From positions 31,464-95,463 of the forward strand of contig CAZPVT010000034.1 of NCBI GenBank assembly GCA_964590395.1: 64,000 nt of DNA, given 5' to 3'. Origin of the DNA: an uncultured bacterium. GTDB taxonomy: Bacteria; Hydrothermota; Tepidihabitantia; Tepidihabitantales; Tepidihabitantaceae. The first letter of the stretch is position 1. Every line of letters starts with the position of its first letter. The notes beneath the pieces are model-generated. The model was not told the origin of the DNA. It ran no database searches and saw nothing but the letters and a program-made list of their open reading frames with translations. Below, piece by piece: positions 9,695-18,478 of the stretch. The position numbers and the translations under genes were made by a program.

Positions 9695-10317
9695 TAACAG
9701 TGGATCAGTACCCGGCGACCCACCAGTTCCAATCTGCCTTCGCAGAAGAGTTTCACCGCTTGGGGATAAGCCTGATGCTCTTCCACCAGGACGCGCAAGG
9801 CGAGCGATTCCGGGTTATCCACATCCCGGACCGGAATTGCCCGTTGGATGATTATCGGTCCGGCGTCAACATCGTTAGTGACAAAGTGGACGGTACAACC
9901 GGTAACTTTGACTCCGTATTCGATTACCGCCTTGTGCACCTCCAGTCCTTGTAAACCGGCAAAAGCGGGCAGAAGTGAGGGGTGGATGTTCATAATCCGC
10001 ATTGGATACTGCTCAAGCAAAAGATGGGAAATAATTCGGTTAAATCCCGCCAGGCAGAGTAACTGTGGTTCATAGGGTTCAAGTGCTCGGATAATTTCTG
10101 CCTCGAAGTCCGCCCGTTTTTTGAACCGTTGGTGGTCAATGGTGACCGTAGGAATTCGGAAGGTGTTTGCCCGGTTCAGCACCGGCGCATCCGGCACATT
10201 GACAACAAGGACTTTTAATTCCGCTGGAAAGTCTGGATGCTGGCAGGCACGGGCAAGCGCTTCAAAATTTGTGCCCCGGCCCGAGGCGAGTACCGCAATG
10301 CCCTTTTTTTCTTTCAC
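9694..10317 (-). CDS. purN: phosphoribosylglycinamide formyltransferase
   Basis: 207 aa with SGRGTNFEAL, NIHPSLLP and GCTVHFV..DVDAGPII motifs. GTG start. Confidence 0.9.
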   Translation of the reverse strand: MKEKKGIAVLASGRGTNFEALARACQHPDFPAELKVLVVNVPDAPVLNRANTFRIPTVTIDHQRFKKRADFEAEIIRALEPYEPQLLCLAGFNRIISHLLLEQYPMRIMNIHPSLLPAFAGLQGLEVHKAVIEYGVKVTGCTVHFVTNDVDAGPIIIQRAIPVRDVDNPESLALRVLVEEHQAYPQAVKLFCEGRLELVGRRVLIHC

Positions 10318-10323
10318 GGGTAA

Positions 10324-10351
10324 ATTGTATTAAAACCCTAATGAGTGTCAA
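10324..10351 (-). promoter_or_regulatory. sigma70-type promoter abutting the purN GTG (TTGACA-16-TACAAT-6 nt-GTG)
   Basis: The minus strand reads TTGACA ctcattagggttttaa TACAAT ttaccc GTG. No SD lies between the -10 box and the start codon. Confidence 0.5.
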
Positions 10352-10399
10352 CCTATCGCCAAGTTAGGATGACCGATTTAGGGAACAGGTTGGTGTTCG

Positions 10400-11791
10400 T
10401 TATTTGCCAAACGCGGTGATTAACGCGCGGGCGATGATTGGCGTCTCATCGTTACGAATCGTGCGGAAATCCAGAAGGTATTCATCTTGTTCGACTCGTC
10501 CTAAAATCGGGGGTCGAAACAGACGTAGCTGTCGGGCAAGTTCGTCCGCGGTCAGGTTTTTCGGTTTGATCGCCACCGCCAATGAATCCAGGCTTTCGGT
10601 TGCCAGTGACCCGCCGCCGACTTCTGCCTGTGTCGGTTTGATCCTGAGCAACGCATCGTCGTTAATCTGGCCTTTTACCAAATTGATCAGGTCTTCGGCA
10701 GCTCTTTGAATTTCTGCCCGCGATTTTAGGAGAATCTGAAACAACGGATGCTCATTGATCACCCGCTGTTCATCCAAGAAAAGTTCCAGGGTTCTTTCCA
10801 GCACCGCATAGGTCAGTTTGTCGCACCGCAATGCGCGGGTCAAAGGATTCTTCTTCATTCGGGCGAGCAGTTCCTTTCTGCCGACGATTATCCCTGTCTG
10901 ACAGCCGCCGATCAGTTTGTCTCCGGAGAAGCAGACCACATCGGCACCGGTTGAGATTGACTCGCTGACCACAGGTTCCTTAGGCAATCCGTACTTTGAG
11001 AGATCAAGCAGTGCGCCCGAACCAAGGTCATCAATTACCGGTATTGATTTTTTCCGGCCCAGTTCCACAAGTTCCTTGAGCGGTACCTCTTTGGTAAAAC
11101 CGACAATCCGGTAGTTGGATGTGTGAACCCGCAGAATTGCCGCGGTCTCATTGGTTATCGCACTTTCGTAGTCGCGCAGATGGGTGCGGTTGGTTGTGCC
11201 GACCTCAACCATTCGGCACCCACTCTGAAGCATTACCTCGGGAATCCGGAATGAGCCACCGATTTCAATCAGTTGACCGCGTGAGACAATCACCTCTTTA
11301 CCTTTTGCCAGGGTGGCAAGGATCAACAAGGTTGCGGCACAGTTGTTGTTTACGACCATTGCAGATTCCGCACCGGTTAATTCGCATAACAGTGGTTCAA
11401 TGTGCTGGTAACGGTTGCCGCGCCGGCCATTCAGCAGATTGATCTCCAGTGATGAGAAATGCTCGCTGACATCGAGCAGTGCGGTTTGCGCTACCTTTGC
11501 CAATGGTGCTCGTCCCAAACCGGTGTGCAGGATTACACCCAAACCGTTGATCGCTCTAGTCAAACTGGGACGGCGCGCAGCCAAAAGTCGCATCTCTAAT
11601 TCCGAAAAGGAGAATTTTGCTTCATTTCCTGCTATAATTTCGGACCGCACCTCTGCTAAATACTCCCGGATGATTCGTATCATCAACCGGGGGTGAATTT
11701 CGGTACGATAGGGCGCTAGGCTTTGGTCCTGGTAAACCCGTTCTACTGCCGGCAGTTCGCGCAACTTCTGGTTTCGGTCGGTTTCACTCAT
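10400..11791 (-). CDS. selA: L-seryl-tRNA(Sec) selenium transferase
   Basis: 463 aa with SelA-like N-terminus and a PLP fold. The lysine motif FSGDKLIGG and RIPEVM...VEVGTTNRTH are present. Confidence 0.85.
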   Translation of the reverse strand: MSETDRNQKLRELPAVERVYQDQSLAPYRTEIHPRLMIRIIREYLAEVRSEIIAGNEAKFSFSELEMRLLAARRPSLTRAINGLGVILHTGLGRAPLAKVAQTALLDVSEHFSSLEINLLNGRRGNRYQHIEPLLCELTGAESAMVVNNNCAATLLILATLAKGKEVIVSRGQLIEIGGSFRIPEVMLQSGCRMVEVGTTNRTHLRDYESAITNETAAILRVHTSNYRIVGFTKEVPLKELVELGRKKSIPVIDDLGSGALLDLSKYGLPKEPVVSESISTGADVVCFSGDKLIGGCQTGIIVGRKELLARMKKNPLTRALRCDKLTYAVLERTLELFLDEQRVINEHPLFQILLKSRAEIQRAAEDLINLVKGQINDDALLRIKPTQAEVGGGSLATESLDSLAVAIKPKNLTADELARQLRLFRPPILGRVEQDEYLLDFRTIRNDETPIIARALITAFGK

Positions 11792-11794
11792 AGG

Positions 11795-12841
11795 TTAGCG
11801 CACCAGTTTTTGGCGAATTAACGTTGCCCGACGTTCATCCCGATCGGTGGGCGATAATTTCTCGCCCAAGATCATTTGCAGATTTGCCGGTCGGATCAAT
11901 AAGAGCAGTTCTGATATCTCGCTCATTTTCAACTCGTTGATGATCCCGAGCGCTACCCCTAGGCGAACGGTTGCCAGCAGGTTGGTTGCCTCTTCAGATG
12001 AGATGATCCGGGCCCCGCGCAAAATTCCTAAGGATCGGAAGACCTTGTCTTCAATTTCCACCCGTAGGTTGTGCATTAAATAGGAGCGGGCTTTGTGTTC
12101 GTAATCGACGATCTGACGGCAGACACTGTTCAAAACCTCAATGATTTCTGCCTCGGATTGCCCCAGCGTCCGCTGATTAGAAATCTGAAACAGGTTGCCT
12201 TTAGTAGCGGTGCCTTCGCCATACAGTCCGCGTACATTCAGTCCGACCGAATAGGCACCGCGTAAAACTTTTTCAATTTCGCGGGTCAAAACCAAGCCAG
12301 GCAGGTGCAGAAAAACCGAAACCCGCATTCCGGTTCCGATGTTGGTCGGGCAGGCGGTCAAAAATCCGAACTCAGGAGAATAGGCATACTCTATTTGGCG
12401 CTCAAGTTTTTCATCCAATCCGACTGCCCGGGCAAATGCGGTGGCAAAGTCCAGTCCGCTCGCCAGTCCTTGAAACCGTAGATGGTCTTCTTCGTTGATC
12501 ATCATACTGAGCGTTTCGTCGTCAGAAACAAACAGTCCTTTCGGCTGACGCTGGGCGCTGATAAAATCGGGTGATGCCAGATGCCTTTCGACAAAATAAA
12601 GTCCATCGGGTTCATTTAAGCACTGACCGGTAAAGAACTGCCCCTGGTTTAGATACCCGGTATCCTGTAATGCCCACCTGACTGTTTCCAGAACCAACTC
12701 TGCTTCCTCGGGGGTCATCCGGATAGGAAACGGCAGATCGCGAAAATTGCGTGCAAACCGTACTCTCGTGGAAATTACAACATCGGAATCCGGACCGGAT
12801 TCACTTAACCAGGTGCCAATCCGTTCAGGCATCAAACTCAT
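11795..12841 (-). CDS. mcsB: protein arginine kinase (ATP:guanido phosphotransferase)
   Basis: 348 aa with phosphagen-kinase catalytic domain motifs NEEDHLR and CPTNIGTGMR. Confidence 0.85.
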   Translation of the reverse strand: MSLMPERIGTWLSESGPDSDVVISTRVRFARNFRDLPFPIRMTPEEAELVLETVRWALQDTGYLNQGQFFTGQCLNEPDGLYFVERHLASPDFISAQRQPKGLFVSDDETLSMMINEEDHLRFQGLASGLDFATAFARAVGLDEKLERQIEYAYSPEFGFLTACPTNIGTGMRVSVFLHLPGLVLTREIEKVLRGAYSVGLNVRGLYGEGTATKGNLFQISNQRTLGQSEAEIIEVLNSVCRQIVDYEHKARSYLMHNLRVEIEDKVFRSLGILRGARIISSEEATNLLATVRLGVALGIINELKMSEISELLLLIRPANLQMILGEKLSPTDRDERRATLIRQKLVR

Positions 12842-12886
12842 AGTTTAACCCGGGCCTTTCCTAATTCATTCATCAGCGATTAAGGT

Positions 12887-13378
12887 TCATTCTTTCTTAC
12901 CTGCTTTTTTCAACTGGTCGCGCAAAGCAGCGGCTCGTTCGTAATTTTCCTCTTTTATTGCCCGTTCCAGTTCCGCACGCAGGCGCTGGATCTGTAACCG
13001 CTCCTGTGCCCTTTTTCTACCCTGGTGGGGGGTTTTGCCGATATGTTGAACCGCACTGTGCAGGCGACGGATTAACGGCTTTAACTGCTCGGCAAATGTT
13101 TGATAGCATTCCGCGCAGCCCAATTTGCCCCGGCGCTTGAACTCGGCAAAACTCATTTGACACCTTTTACAGGTTATTTTTTTATCCTGCTCATCAACCC
13201 GTGCCTTTAACTCCGCCAATACCATCTCGGATTCTTTTTTCAACTTCTCCACGGTGGTAAAGCCTCGCAGTTTGGCACATTCAGCACAGATTGCTATTTC
13301 AGTTGTCCGGCCGTCCTTTGTTACCTGGCGCACCGTCATTGCCGGTTCCCGCTTGCCACACAGGTCACACCGCTTCAT
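12887..13378 (-). CDS. mcsA: McsA-like zinc-finger/UVR-domain activator of McsB
   Basis: 163 aa with two CxxC...CxxC pairs and a C-terminal UVR motif (EENYERAAALRDQLKK). It sits immediately upstream of mcsB. Confidence 0.75.
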   Translation of the reverse strand: MKRCDLCGKREPAMTVRQVTKDGRTTEIAICAECAKLRGFTTVEKLKKESEMVLAELKARVDEQDKKITCKRCQMSFAEFKRRGKLGCAECYQTFAEQLKPLIRRLHSAVQHIGKTPHQGRKRAQERLQIQRLRAELERAIKEENYERAAALRDQLKKAGKKE

Positions 13379-14055
13379 AATGCCTCCAATTTGCCGTCCC
13401 TTAATGCCAATCGTCGCATTGCCATTTCGGCAACCTGTTGATTGTGGGTAACTACCACAATCGTCTTTTCCTTTTCACTGGTTAGTCTCACGAGCAGGTT
13501 CATCAATAATGCGGTGGAGTTGCCATCCAAATTGCCGGTTGGTTCATCGGCAAAGACAATTGCCGGTGAGTTTGCCAACGCCCGAGCGACCGCACACATT
13601 GCCCTTTCGCCACCGGAAAGTTCGCTGGGACGATGATTCAGACGGCTGGTAAAACCGATTTCGCTGAGCACCATTTTTGATTGTGCCAGTGCTTTCTTTT
13701 TTTCCATTCCTGCGATCAGCAGTGGCACTGCTACATTCTCCAAGACGGTAAATTCATTCAATAGATGGTGAAATTGGAACACAAAACCTACTTTCTGGTT
13801 ACGCAGTTTCGGTAACTTATCTTCAGGATACTGAAAAATCTCGCAGGAATCAAGGACGACTTTACCCCGGTCGGGTCGGTCAAGCCCACCTAAAATGTGT
13901 AAAAGTGTGGACTTTCCAGAACCGGAGGGTCCCACGATTGCCACCAGTTCGCCCTTTTGCACGGTCAGGTTGACCCCTTTCAAGACTTCCAATCGCTCTG
14001 GACCGATTTGAAAACTCCGCCAGATGTCTTCGGCGATCAGTACCCGTTCACTCAT
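13375..14055 (-). CDS. lolD: lipoprotein-releasing ABC transporter ATP-binding protein
   Basis: Walker A GPSGSGKST, LSGGE signature and Walker B VFADEPT. It is paired with a LolC/E-type permease. Confidence 0.8.
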   Translation of the reverse strand: MSERVLIAEDIWRSFQIGPERLEVLKGVNLTVQKGELVAIVGPSGSGKSTLLHILGGLDRPDRGKVVLDSCEIFQYPEDKLPKLRNQKVGFVFQFHHLLNEFTVLENVAVPLLIAGMEKKKALAQSKMVLSEIGFTSRLNHRPSELSGGERAMCAVARALANSPAIVFADEPTGNLDGNSTALLMNLLVRLTSEKEKTIVVVTHNQQVAEMAMRRLALRDGKLEAL

Positions 14056-15268
14056 AGCGGATTGCCTCCACGGGTTGGAGTTTTGCTGCCCGGTATGCGG
14101 GGTAGAATGTGGCGACTAGGGTAATCAGCAGTGCTGAGGCGCAGACAATGGCAAAATCCTGCCACTGCATCTCCACCGGCAGGTTTTTAATAAAATAAAC
14201 ATCGCCCGGTAAATTAACGAACCGGTACCGATTCAAGAGATAGGAGACGATAAACCCGAATAACGCACCACCCGCAGTGCCGAGCGTGCCAATCAACAGG
14301 CCGACCATAACGAAGATGCGGGTGATACTCTGGGATTTCGCACCGATGGTTTTGAGAATGCCGATCTCCCTGGTCTTACGGATTACCATCATCGTCAGCA
14401 TACCGACGATATTGAATGCTGCCACCAGCACAATCAGAACTAGCACAATAAAGGTGACCACTTTCTCCAGTTTCAGAGCGGTAAAGAGATTTCGGTTCTG
14501 GGCAATCCAGTCAGTCGCCCGAAACGGTGAGCCAAGTTCCCAGGCAATCCGGCGGGCGACCCGGCTGGCATTTAGCGGTTCATAACAGCGGACTTCAAAA
14601 CCAGTTATCCTACCGGGTATTCCCAGAAAGTTTTGTAGTTCATTTAAGCCAACAAAGACAAAACTGGCGTTGTACTCATACATTCCAGCATCAAAAATGC
14701 CGTTGATCCGAAAGGTCCTGGTGCGGGGCAAATAACCAACCGGCGTGGCGGTGCCGGCAAAGGGCGAAAAGAGCGTAATCTGGTCACCGACAAAAAGCCC
14801 CAGACTCCGTGCCAGTTCTACGCCGATAACCACACCCGCAGAGTCAAAGGAAAATGAGCCTTCCACAATGGTGTGGGAGATATCGGTCATTTTGCTTTCC
14901 AGTTCCGGGGCAATACCTTTGGCTACACCGCCTTCTACTAATGAACCAGCCCGGAGCAGAATCTTGGAGTAGATGAAGGGTGCCACCGCTACCACACCGG
15001 GCAGTTGCCGAATTTTATTAACCAGCGAGTCGTTTTCCCCCTGATACTCAATCGGTTTATAGCCAAACTGGGAGATGGTGATATGGGGTGATGCCCCTAA
15101 GATCCGGTCGCGCAACTCCTTATGAAACCCGTTCTGGACCGACAGCACGATGATGATCGCTGCCACGCCAACAAAAACACCGCCCATCGCAATGGCGCTG
15201 GTTCCGGAGAGCAACCGTTGACTCCTGCTCTGCAGATAACGTCGGGCGATAAAAAACTCAAACTTCAC
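14048..15268 (-). CDS. LolC/LolE-type (MacB/FtsX fold) lipoprotein-release permease
   Basis: 406 aa with an N-terminal TM helix, a large periplasmic domain and a C-terminal FtsX-type 3-TM bundle. It overlaps lolD. Confidence 0.8.
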   Translation of the reverse strand: MKFEFFIARRYLQSRSQRLLSGTSAIAMGGVFVGVAAIIIVLSVQNGFHKELRDRILGASPHITISQFGYKPIEYQGENDSLVNKIRQLPGVVAVAPFIYSKILLRAGSLVEGGVAKGIAPELESKMTDISHTIVEGSFSFDSAGVVIGVELARSLGLFVGDQITLFSPFAGTATPVGYLPRTRTFRINGIFDAGMYEYNASFVFVGLNELQNFLGIPGRITGFEVRCYEPLNASRVARRIAWELGSPFRATDWIAQNRNLFTALKLEKVVTFIVLVLIVLVAAFNIVGMLTMMVIRKTREIGILKTIGAKSQSITRIFVMVGLLIGTLGTAGGALFGFIVSYLLNRYRFVNLPGDVYFIKNLPVEMQWQDFAIVCASALLITLVATFYPAYRAAKLQPVEAIRYE

Positions 15269-16745
15269 CTTGCTCCTTTTCCTGTCTTAACTGCGGAAAC
15301 AGGATTACATCCCGAATTGAGTCCTGATTGGTAAATAGCATTACCAGCCGGTCAATGCCAATTCCCAGTCCTCCGGTCGGCGGCAGTCCGTATTCCAGCG
15401 CGGTGCAGTAATCATCGTCAACGGTGGCGAACTCCTCATTGCGGTTGACCGCAGCGATGAACCGTTCCCGCTGCTCCAGTGGGTCGTTTAATTCGCTGAA
15501 GGCGTTGCCAATCTCCATACCGCACACCACCGGTTCAAATCTTTCCACCAGTCGCGGGTCATCACGGTGCGGTTTTGCTAAGGGTGTTGTTTCCTTAGGA
15601 TGGTCGCAGATAAATGTCGGTTCTAAAATCTTATCCTGAATCAACTCGCTGAACAACTTATCAATAATCTTTGCCCTTGAGGTGTTAGGCTTAATCTCAA
15701 TTCCAAACCTGGCGCCTATTTTAATGAGCATCGGATCGGATAACTCCAGCGGATTCACCTCAATCTTTTCCACCAGCGCCTCCACAAATTTTATCCGTCG
15801 CCAGGATTTGCCGAAATCGATTTGTTGACCGGCAAACTCAATTTCGGTTTTGCCGTTCAACGTCAGCGCCAGATATTTAAACAGATCTTCAACCAGTGTC
15901 ATCATATCATAATAATCCGCATAAGCCTGATACAGTTCCAGTTGCGTAAACTCTGGGTTGTGGGTACGATCCAGTCCTTCGTTACGAAAATCCTTGCCAA
16001 TCTCGTAAACCCGTTCCAATCCGCCGACGATCAACCGTTTCAGGTATAACTCATCTGAAATGCGCAGAAACATCTCCTGTTCCAGCACATTGTAATAGGT
16101 GGTAAACGGTCTTGCAGAGGCACCACCGTAGAGTGGTTGGAGAATCGGGGTTTCTACCTCAATAAATCCCCGTTCATTAAGAAACTGTCGGACCAGCTGG
16201 ATGATCTGAGAGCGTCGGATAGAGACCTCCCGGCTTGCCGGATTCATTATCAAATCCAGATAGCGCTGACGGTACCGTGCCTCAACATCGCGCAAGCCGT
16301 GAAACTTTTCCGGCAGGGGCAAAAGCGACTTACTCAAAAGTGTCCACTCTTTTACATTCACGGTAATCTCACCGGTTTTGGTCCTGAATACCTCGCCCCT
16401 GACCCCGATGACATCACCGATATCAAGGAGTTCCAGATGTTCGTAAGCCTCACTACCCAAAACATCCTGACGGAAATAAAGTTGCAGTCTGCCTTTTTCA
16501 TCCTGAATATGACCAAACTGGGTCCTGCCATGTTTTCTTCTTGACATCAGTCTTCCCGCAACCTGCACCACAACCGCTGTCTGACTTAACTCCTCAAACC
16601 CGGCAACTATTTCGTGGACACGATGGGTCCGGGCAAAATGGTAGGCATAAGGGGTAATCCCCAGTGTCTGCAGTCTCTTTAATTTCGCCAGCCGGATTTC
16701 CCGCTGATCGGCTGATTCACTGAAATTAGTGCTAACCTCATCCAT
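15258..16745 (-). CDS. lysS: lysine--tRNA ligase (class II)
   Basis: OB anticodon-binding domain plus class II core (DFRNEG...). Met at 16745 (MDEVSTNF...) is preferred over the TTG at 16781 because a promoter occupies 16754-16781. Confidence 0.9.
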   Translation of the reverse strand: MDEVSTNFSESADQREIRLAKLKRLQTLGITPYAYHFARTHRVHEIVAGFEELSQTAVVVQVAGRLMSRRKHGRTQFGHIQDEKGRLQLYFRQDVLGSEAYEHLELLDIGDVIGVRGEVFRTKTGEITVNVKEWTLLSKSLLPLPEKFHGLRDVEARYRQRYLDLIMNPASREVSIRRSQIIQLVRQFLNERGFIEVETPILQPLYGGASARPFTTYYNVLEQEMFLRISDELYLKRLIVGGLERVYEIGKDFRNEGLDRTHNPEFTQLELYQAYADYYDMMTLVEDLFKYLALTLNGKTEIEFAGQQIDFGKSWRRIKFVEALVEKIEVNPLELSDPMLIKIGARFGIEIKPNTSRAKIIDKLFSELIQDKILEPTFICDHPKETTPLAKPHRDDPRLVERFEPVVCGMEIGNAFSELNDPLEQRERFIAAVNRNEEFATVDDDYCTALEYGLPPTGGLGIGIDRLVMLFTNQDSIRDVILFPQLRQEKEQGEV

Positions 16746-16753
16746 AGATGGTA

Positions 16754-16781
16754 AATATACCACAACTTGCGCCAAAGTCAA
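16754..16781 (-). promoter_or_regulatory. promoter abutting the lysS ATG (TTGACT-16-TATATT-8 nt-ATG)
   Basis: The minus strand reads TTGACT ttggcgcaagttgtgg TATATT taccatct ATG, with no SD. Confidence 0.45.
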
Positions 16782-16786
16782 AAAAC

Positions 16787-16815
16787 TTGCTCATCTGCCC
16801 AAAAATCGGTATTAT
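16787..16815 (+). promoter_or_regulatory. promoter abutting the ruvX ATG (TTGCTC-17-TATTAT-10 nt-ATG)
   Basis: The plus strand reads TTGCTC atctgcccaaaaatcgg TATTAT aaaattgcca ATG, with no SD. Confidence 0.4.
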
Positions 16816-16825
16816 AAAATTGCCA

Positions 16826-17284
16826 ATGCCCCGGATTTTATGCCTTGATTATGGCGAAAAAAGGACCGGTGTTGCGGTTTCGGACGAGACGCGCACCATT
16901 GCCCAGAGCCTTACCACCATCCATCATGCCACGGATGAGGAACTGGTCACCGCGGTGGGTAAACTGGGCAAAAGGTATAATGTTGACCTGATTGTTATCG
17001 GTTTGCCGATAAGTCTTTCTGGCAAGCCTTCGACCCGCAGTGAAAGAATCCGCCGGTTCGCCTCCCGGCTTGCTAAGAGTTTGCACCTACCGGTGGAGTT
17101 GTTTGATGAGCGGTTCTCTACCAGTTATGCCCAGAAGGTATTTGCCGAATCAACGGGCAGACCATTACGCCGAACCGATACGGTTAATTCGCCGCTTGAC
17201 CGTATCGCGGCAACAATTATTCTTGAAGACTATCTTGCCTTGTTGAAACGGACCCGCCGACATAGCTATCCTGATGAGTTATGA
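16826..17284 (+). CDS. ruvX: Holliday junction resolvase-like RuvX/YqgF
   Basis: MPRILCLDYGEKRTGVAVSD is a typical YqgF N-terminus. The ORF-track start at 16748 overlaps the divergent promoter region. Confidence 0.85.
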   Translation: MPRILCLDYGEKRTGVAVSDETRTIAQSLTTIHHATDEELVTAVGKLGKRYNVDLIVIGLPISLSGKPSTRSERIRRFASRLAKSLHLPVELFDERFSTSYAQKVFAESTGRPLRRTDTVNSPLDRIAATIILEDYLALLKRTRRHSYPDEL

Positions 17285-17312
17285 ACAGAAAGACCATCTT
17301 CGTCTCCTGTTT

Positions 17313-17479
17313 CATTATCGCGTTCTGCCGAAGGCGGGTGGCAATTTCCCATTTTAATCGTCATTGCGTTCTGCGGAAGGCAGGTGGCAATCTCCAAGCG
17401 CAAAAACCGGTCTACACGCAAAGAGATTGCTTCGCCATCGCAATGACCGGGAGAAGGGAAAACCACTCAGAATGACGAG
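17313..17479 (+). repeat. composite intergenic repeat: two ~35-nt direct units plus one ATTGC...GCAATGAC unit
   Basis: Units 17313-17349 and 17361-17395 (cattgcgttctgcggaaggcaggtggcaatctcc-like) are tandem copies. Unit 17422-17479 matches 18587-18646. Confidence 0.8.
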
Positions 17480-18449
17480 GTGGCGGAAAGTCATTGCGCT
17501 CTGCCTGCTTATTTTGCTCTGGACATTCTGTGCCGAACAACTGCCACCGGATTATAACGGGCCAAAAAGGGAGGTGGTAATCAAACCCGGGATGTCGGTT
17601 ACCGAAGTCGCCACCATACTGAAGGAAAGGGAGATTATTAACTCCACAATCCTGTTCCAGATTTATGCCTGGCTTTATAATTACACCGCCCGGATTAAGC
17701 CCGGACGGTACCGGTTTGTTCCCGGGACCGACCCGCAACTGGTATTAAAAATGCTTGTCCGGGAGATGCCGGCTTTTATCTTTATTACCATTCCAGAGGG
17801 TGCAACCAATGAGCAGATCGCCCGGATTCTTGAGGAAAACGACATCTGTCATAGGGATTCGTTTCTTGCTGTCTGTTCAGATACCACCTTGTTCAGGAGG
17901 CTTGATATACCTTTTGCCACCGTGCAGGGCTATCTATTTCCAGAGACCTACGAGTTTCAGACCGCTACCGCACCCCAAACGGTAATCCAACGGCTGGTCA
18001 ACCAGTTCCGGGTAACATATGATAACCTGAAGCATACAAGCACGGTGAATCTTACTGAATCACAGGTGGTCATCCTTGCCTCAATCGTTGAAAAGGAGGC
18101 AAAACTGTCTGAAGAGTTTCCGATAATTGCCGGGGTTTTTCTCAACCGTTTGCGCCGTAATATCCCACTGCAGTCCTGTGCGACGGTTCAGTATATTTTA
18201 CCTGATCGGAAAGAACGGCTGACTCTTGAGGATCTGAAAACTCCATCACCTTATAACACCTATCTGCATACCGGATTACCACCCGGTCCGATCTGCAATC
18301 CCGGAAAGACCGCGCTTCAGGCGGTGCTATTTCCTGCCCGGCACGACTACCTGTTCTTTGTTGCTAAAGGCGACGGCTCGCACATTTTCTCCAGAACCCC
18401 GCAGGAACACGAAACCGCAATGAACCGGTTCAAGCGAACTAATCGCTGA
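17472..18449 (+). CDS. mltG: endolytic murein transglycosylase MltG (YceG-like)
   Basis: TM anchor WRKVIALCLLILLW, YceG domain and the conserved LPPGPICNPG motif. The ATG at 17472 lies inside the repeat unit (gaATGacgag). Confidence 0.85.
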   Translation: MTRWRKVIALCLLILLWTFCAEQLPPDYNGPKREVVIKPGMSVTEVATILKEREIINSTILFQIYAWLYNYTARIKPGRYRFVPGTDPQLVLKMLVREMPAFIFITIPEGATNEQIARILEENDICHRDSFLAVCSDTTLFRRLDIPFATVQGYLFPETYEFQTATAPQTVIQRLVNQFRVTYDNLKHTSTVNLTESQVVILASIVEKEAKLSEEFPIIAGVFLNRLRRNIPLQSCATVQYILPDRKERLTLEDLKTPSPYNTYLHTGLPPGPICNPGKTALQAVLFPARHDYLFFVAKGDGSHIFSRTPQEHETAMNRFKRTNR

Positions 18450-18478
18450 ATTCCGCATTTAGCAAAAATCAGCTGTTT

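Noticed and set aside
10318-10399. A tRNA-Sec or SECIS-like element next to selA.
   Set aside because: The 82-nt spacer folds only into a short cctaa/ttagg stem and is better explained by the purN promoter. It has no tRNA-like acceptor or T-arm.
17313-17395. Possible CRISPR array, suggested by two ~35-nt direct repeats with a 48-nt period.
   Set aside because: There are only two copies. They belong to the dispersed palindromic family also seen at 18661. No further repeat-spacer units or cas genes are present.
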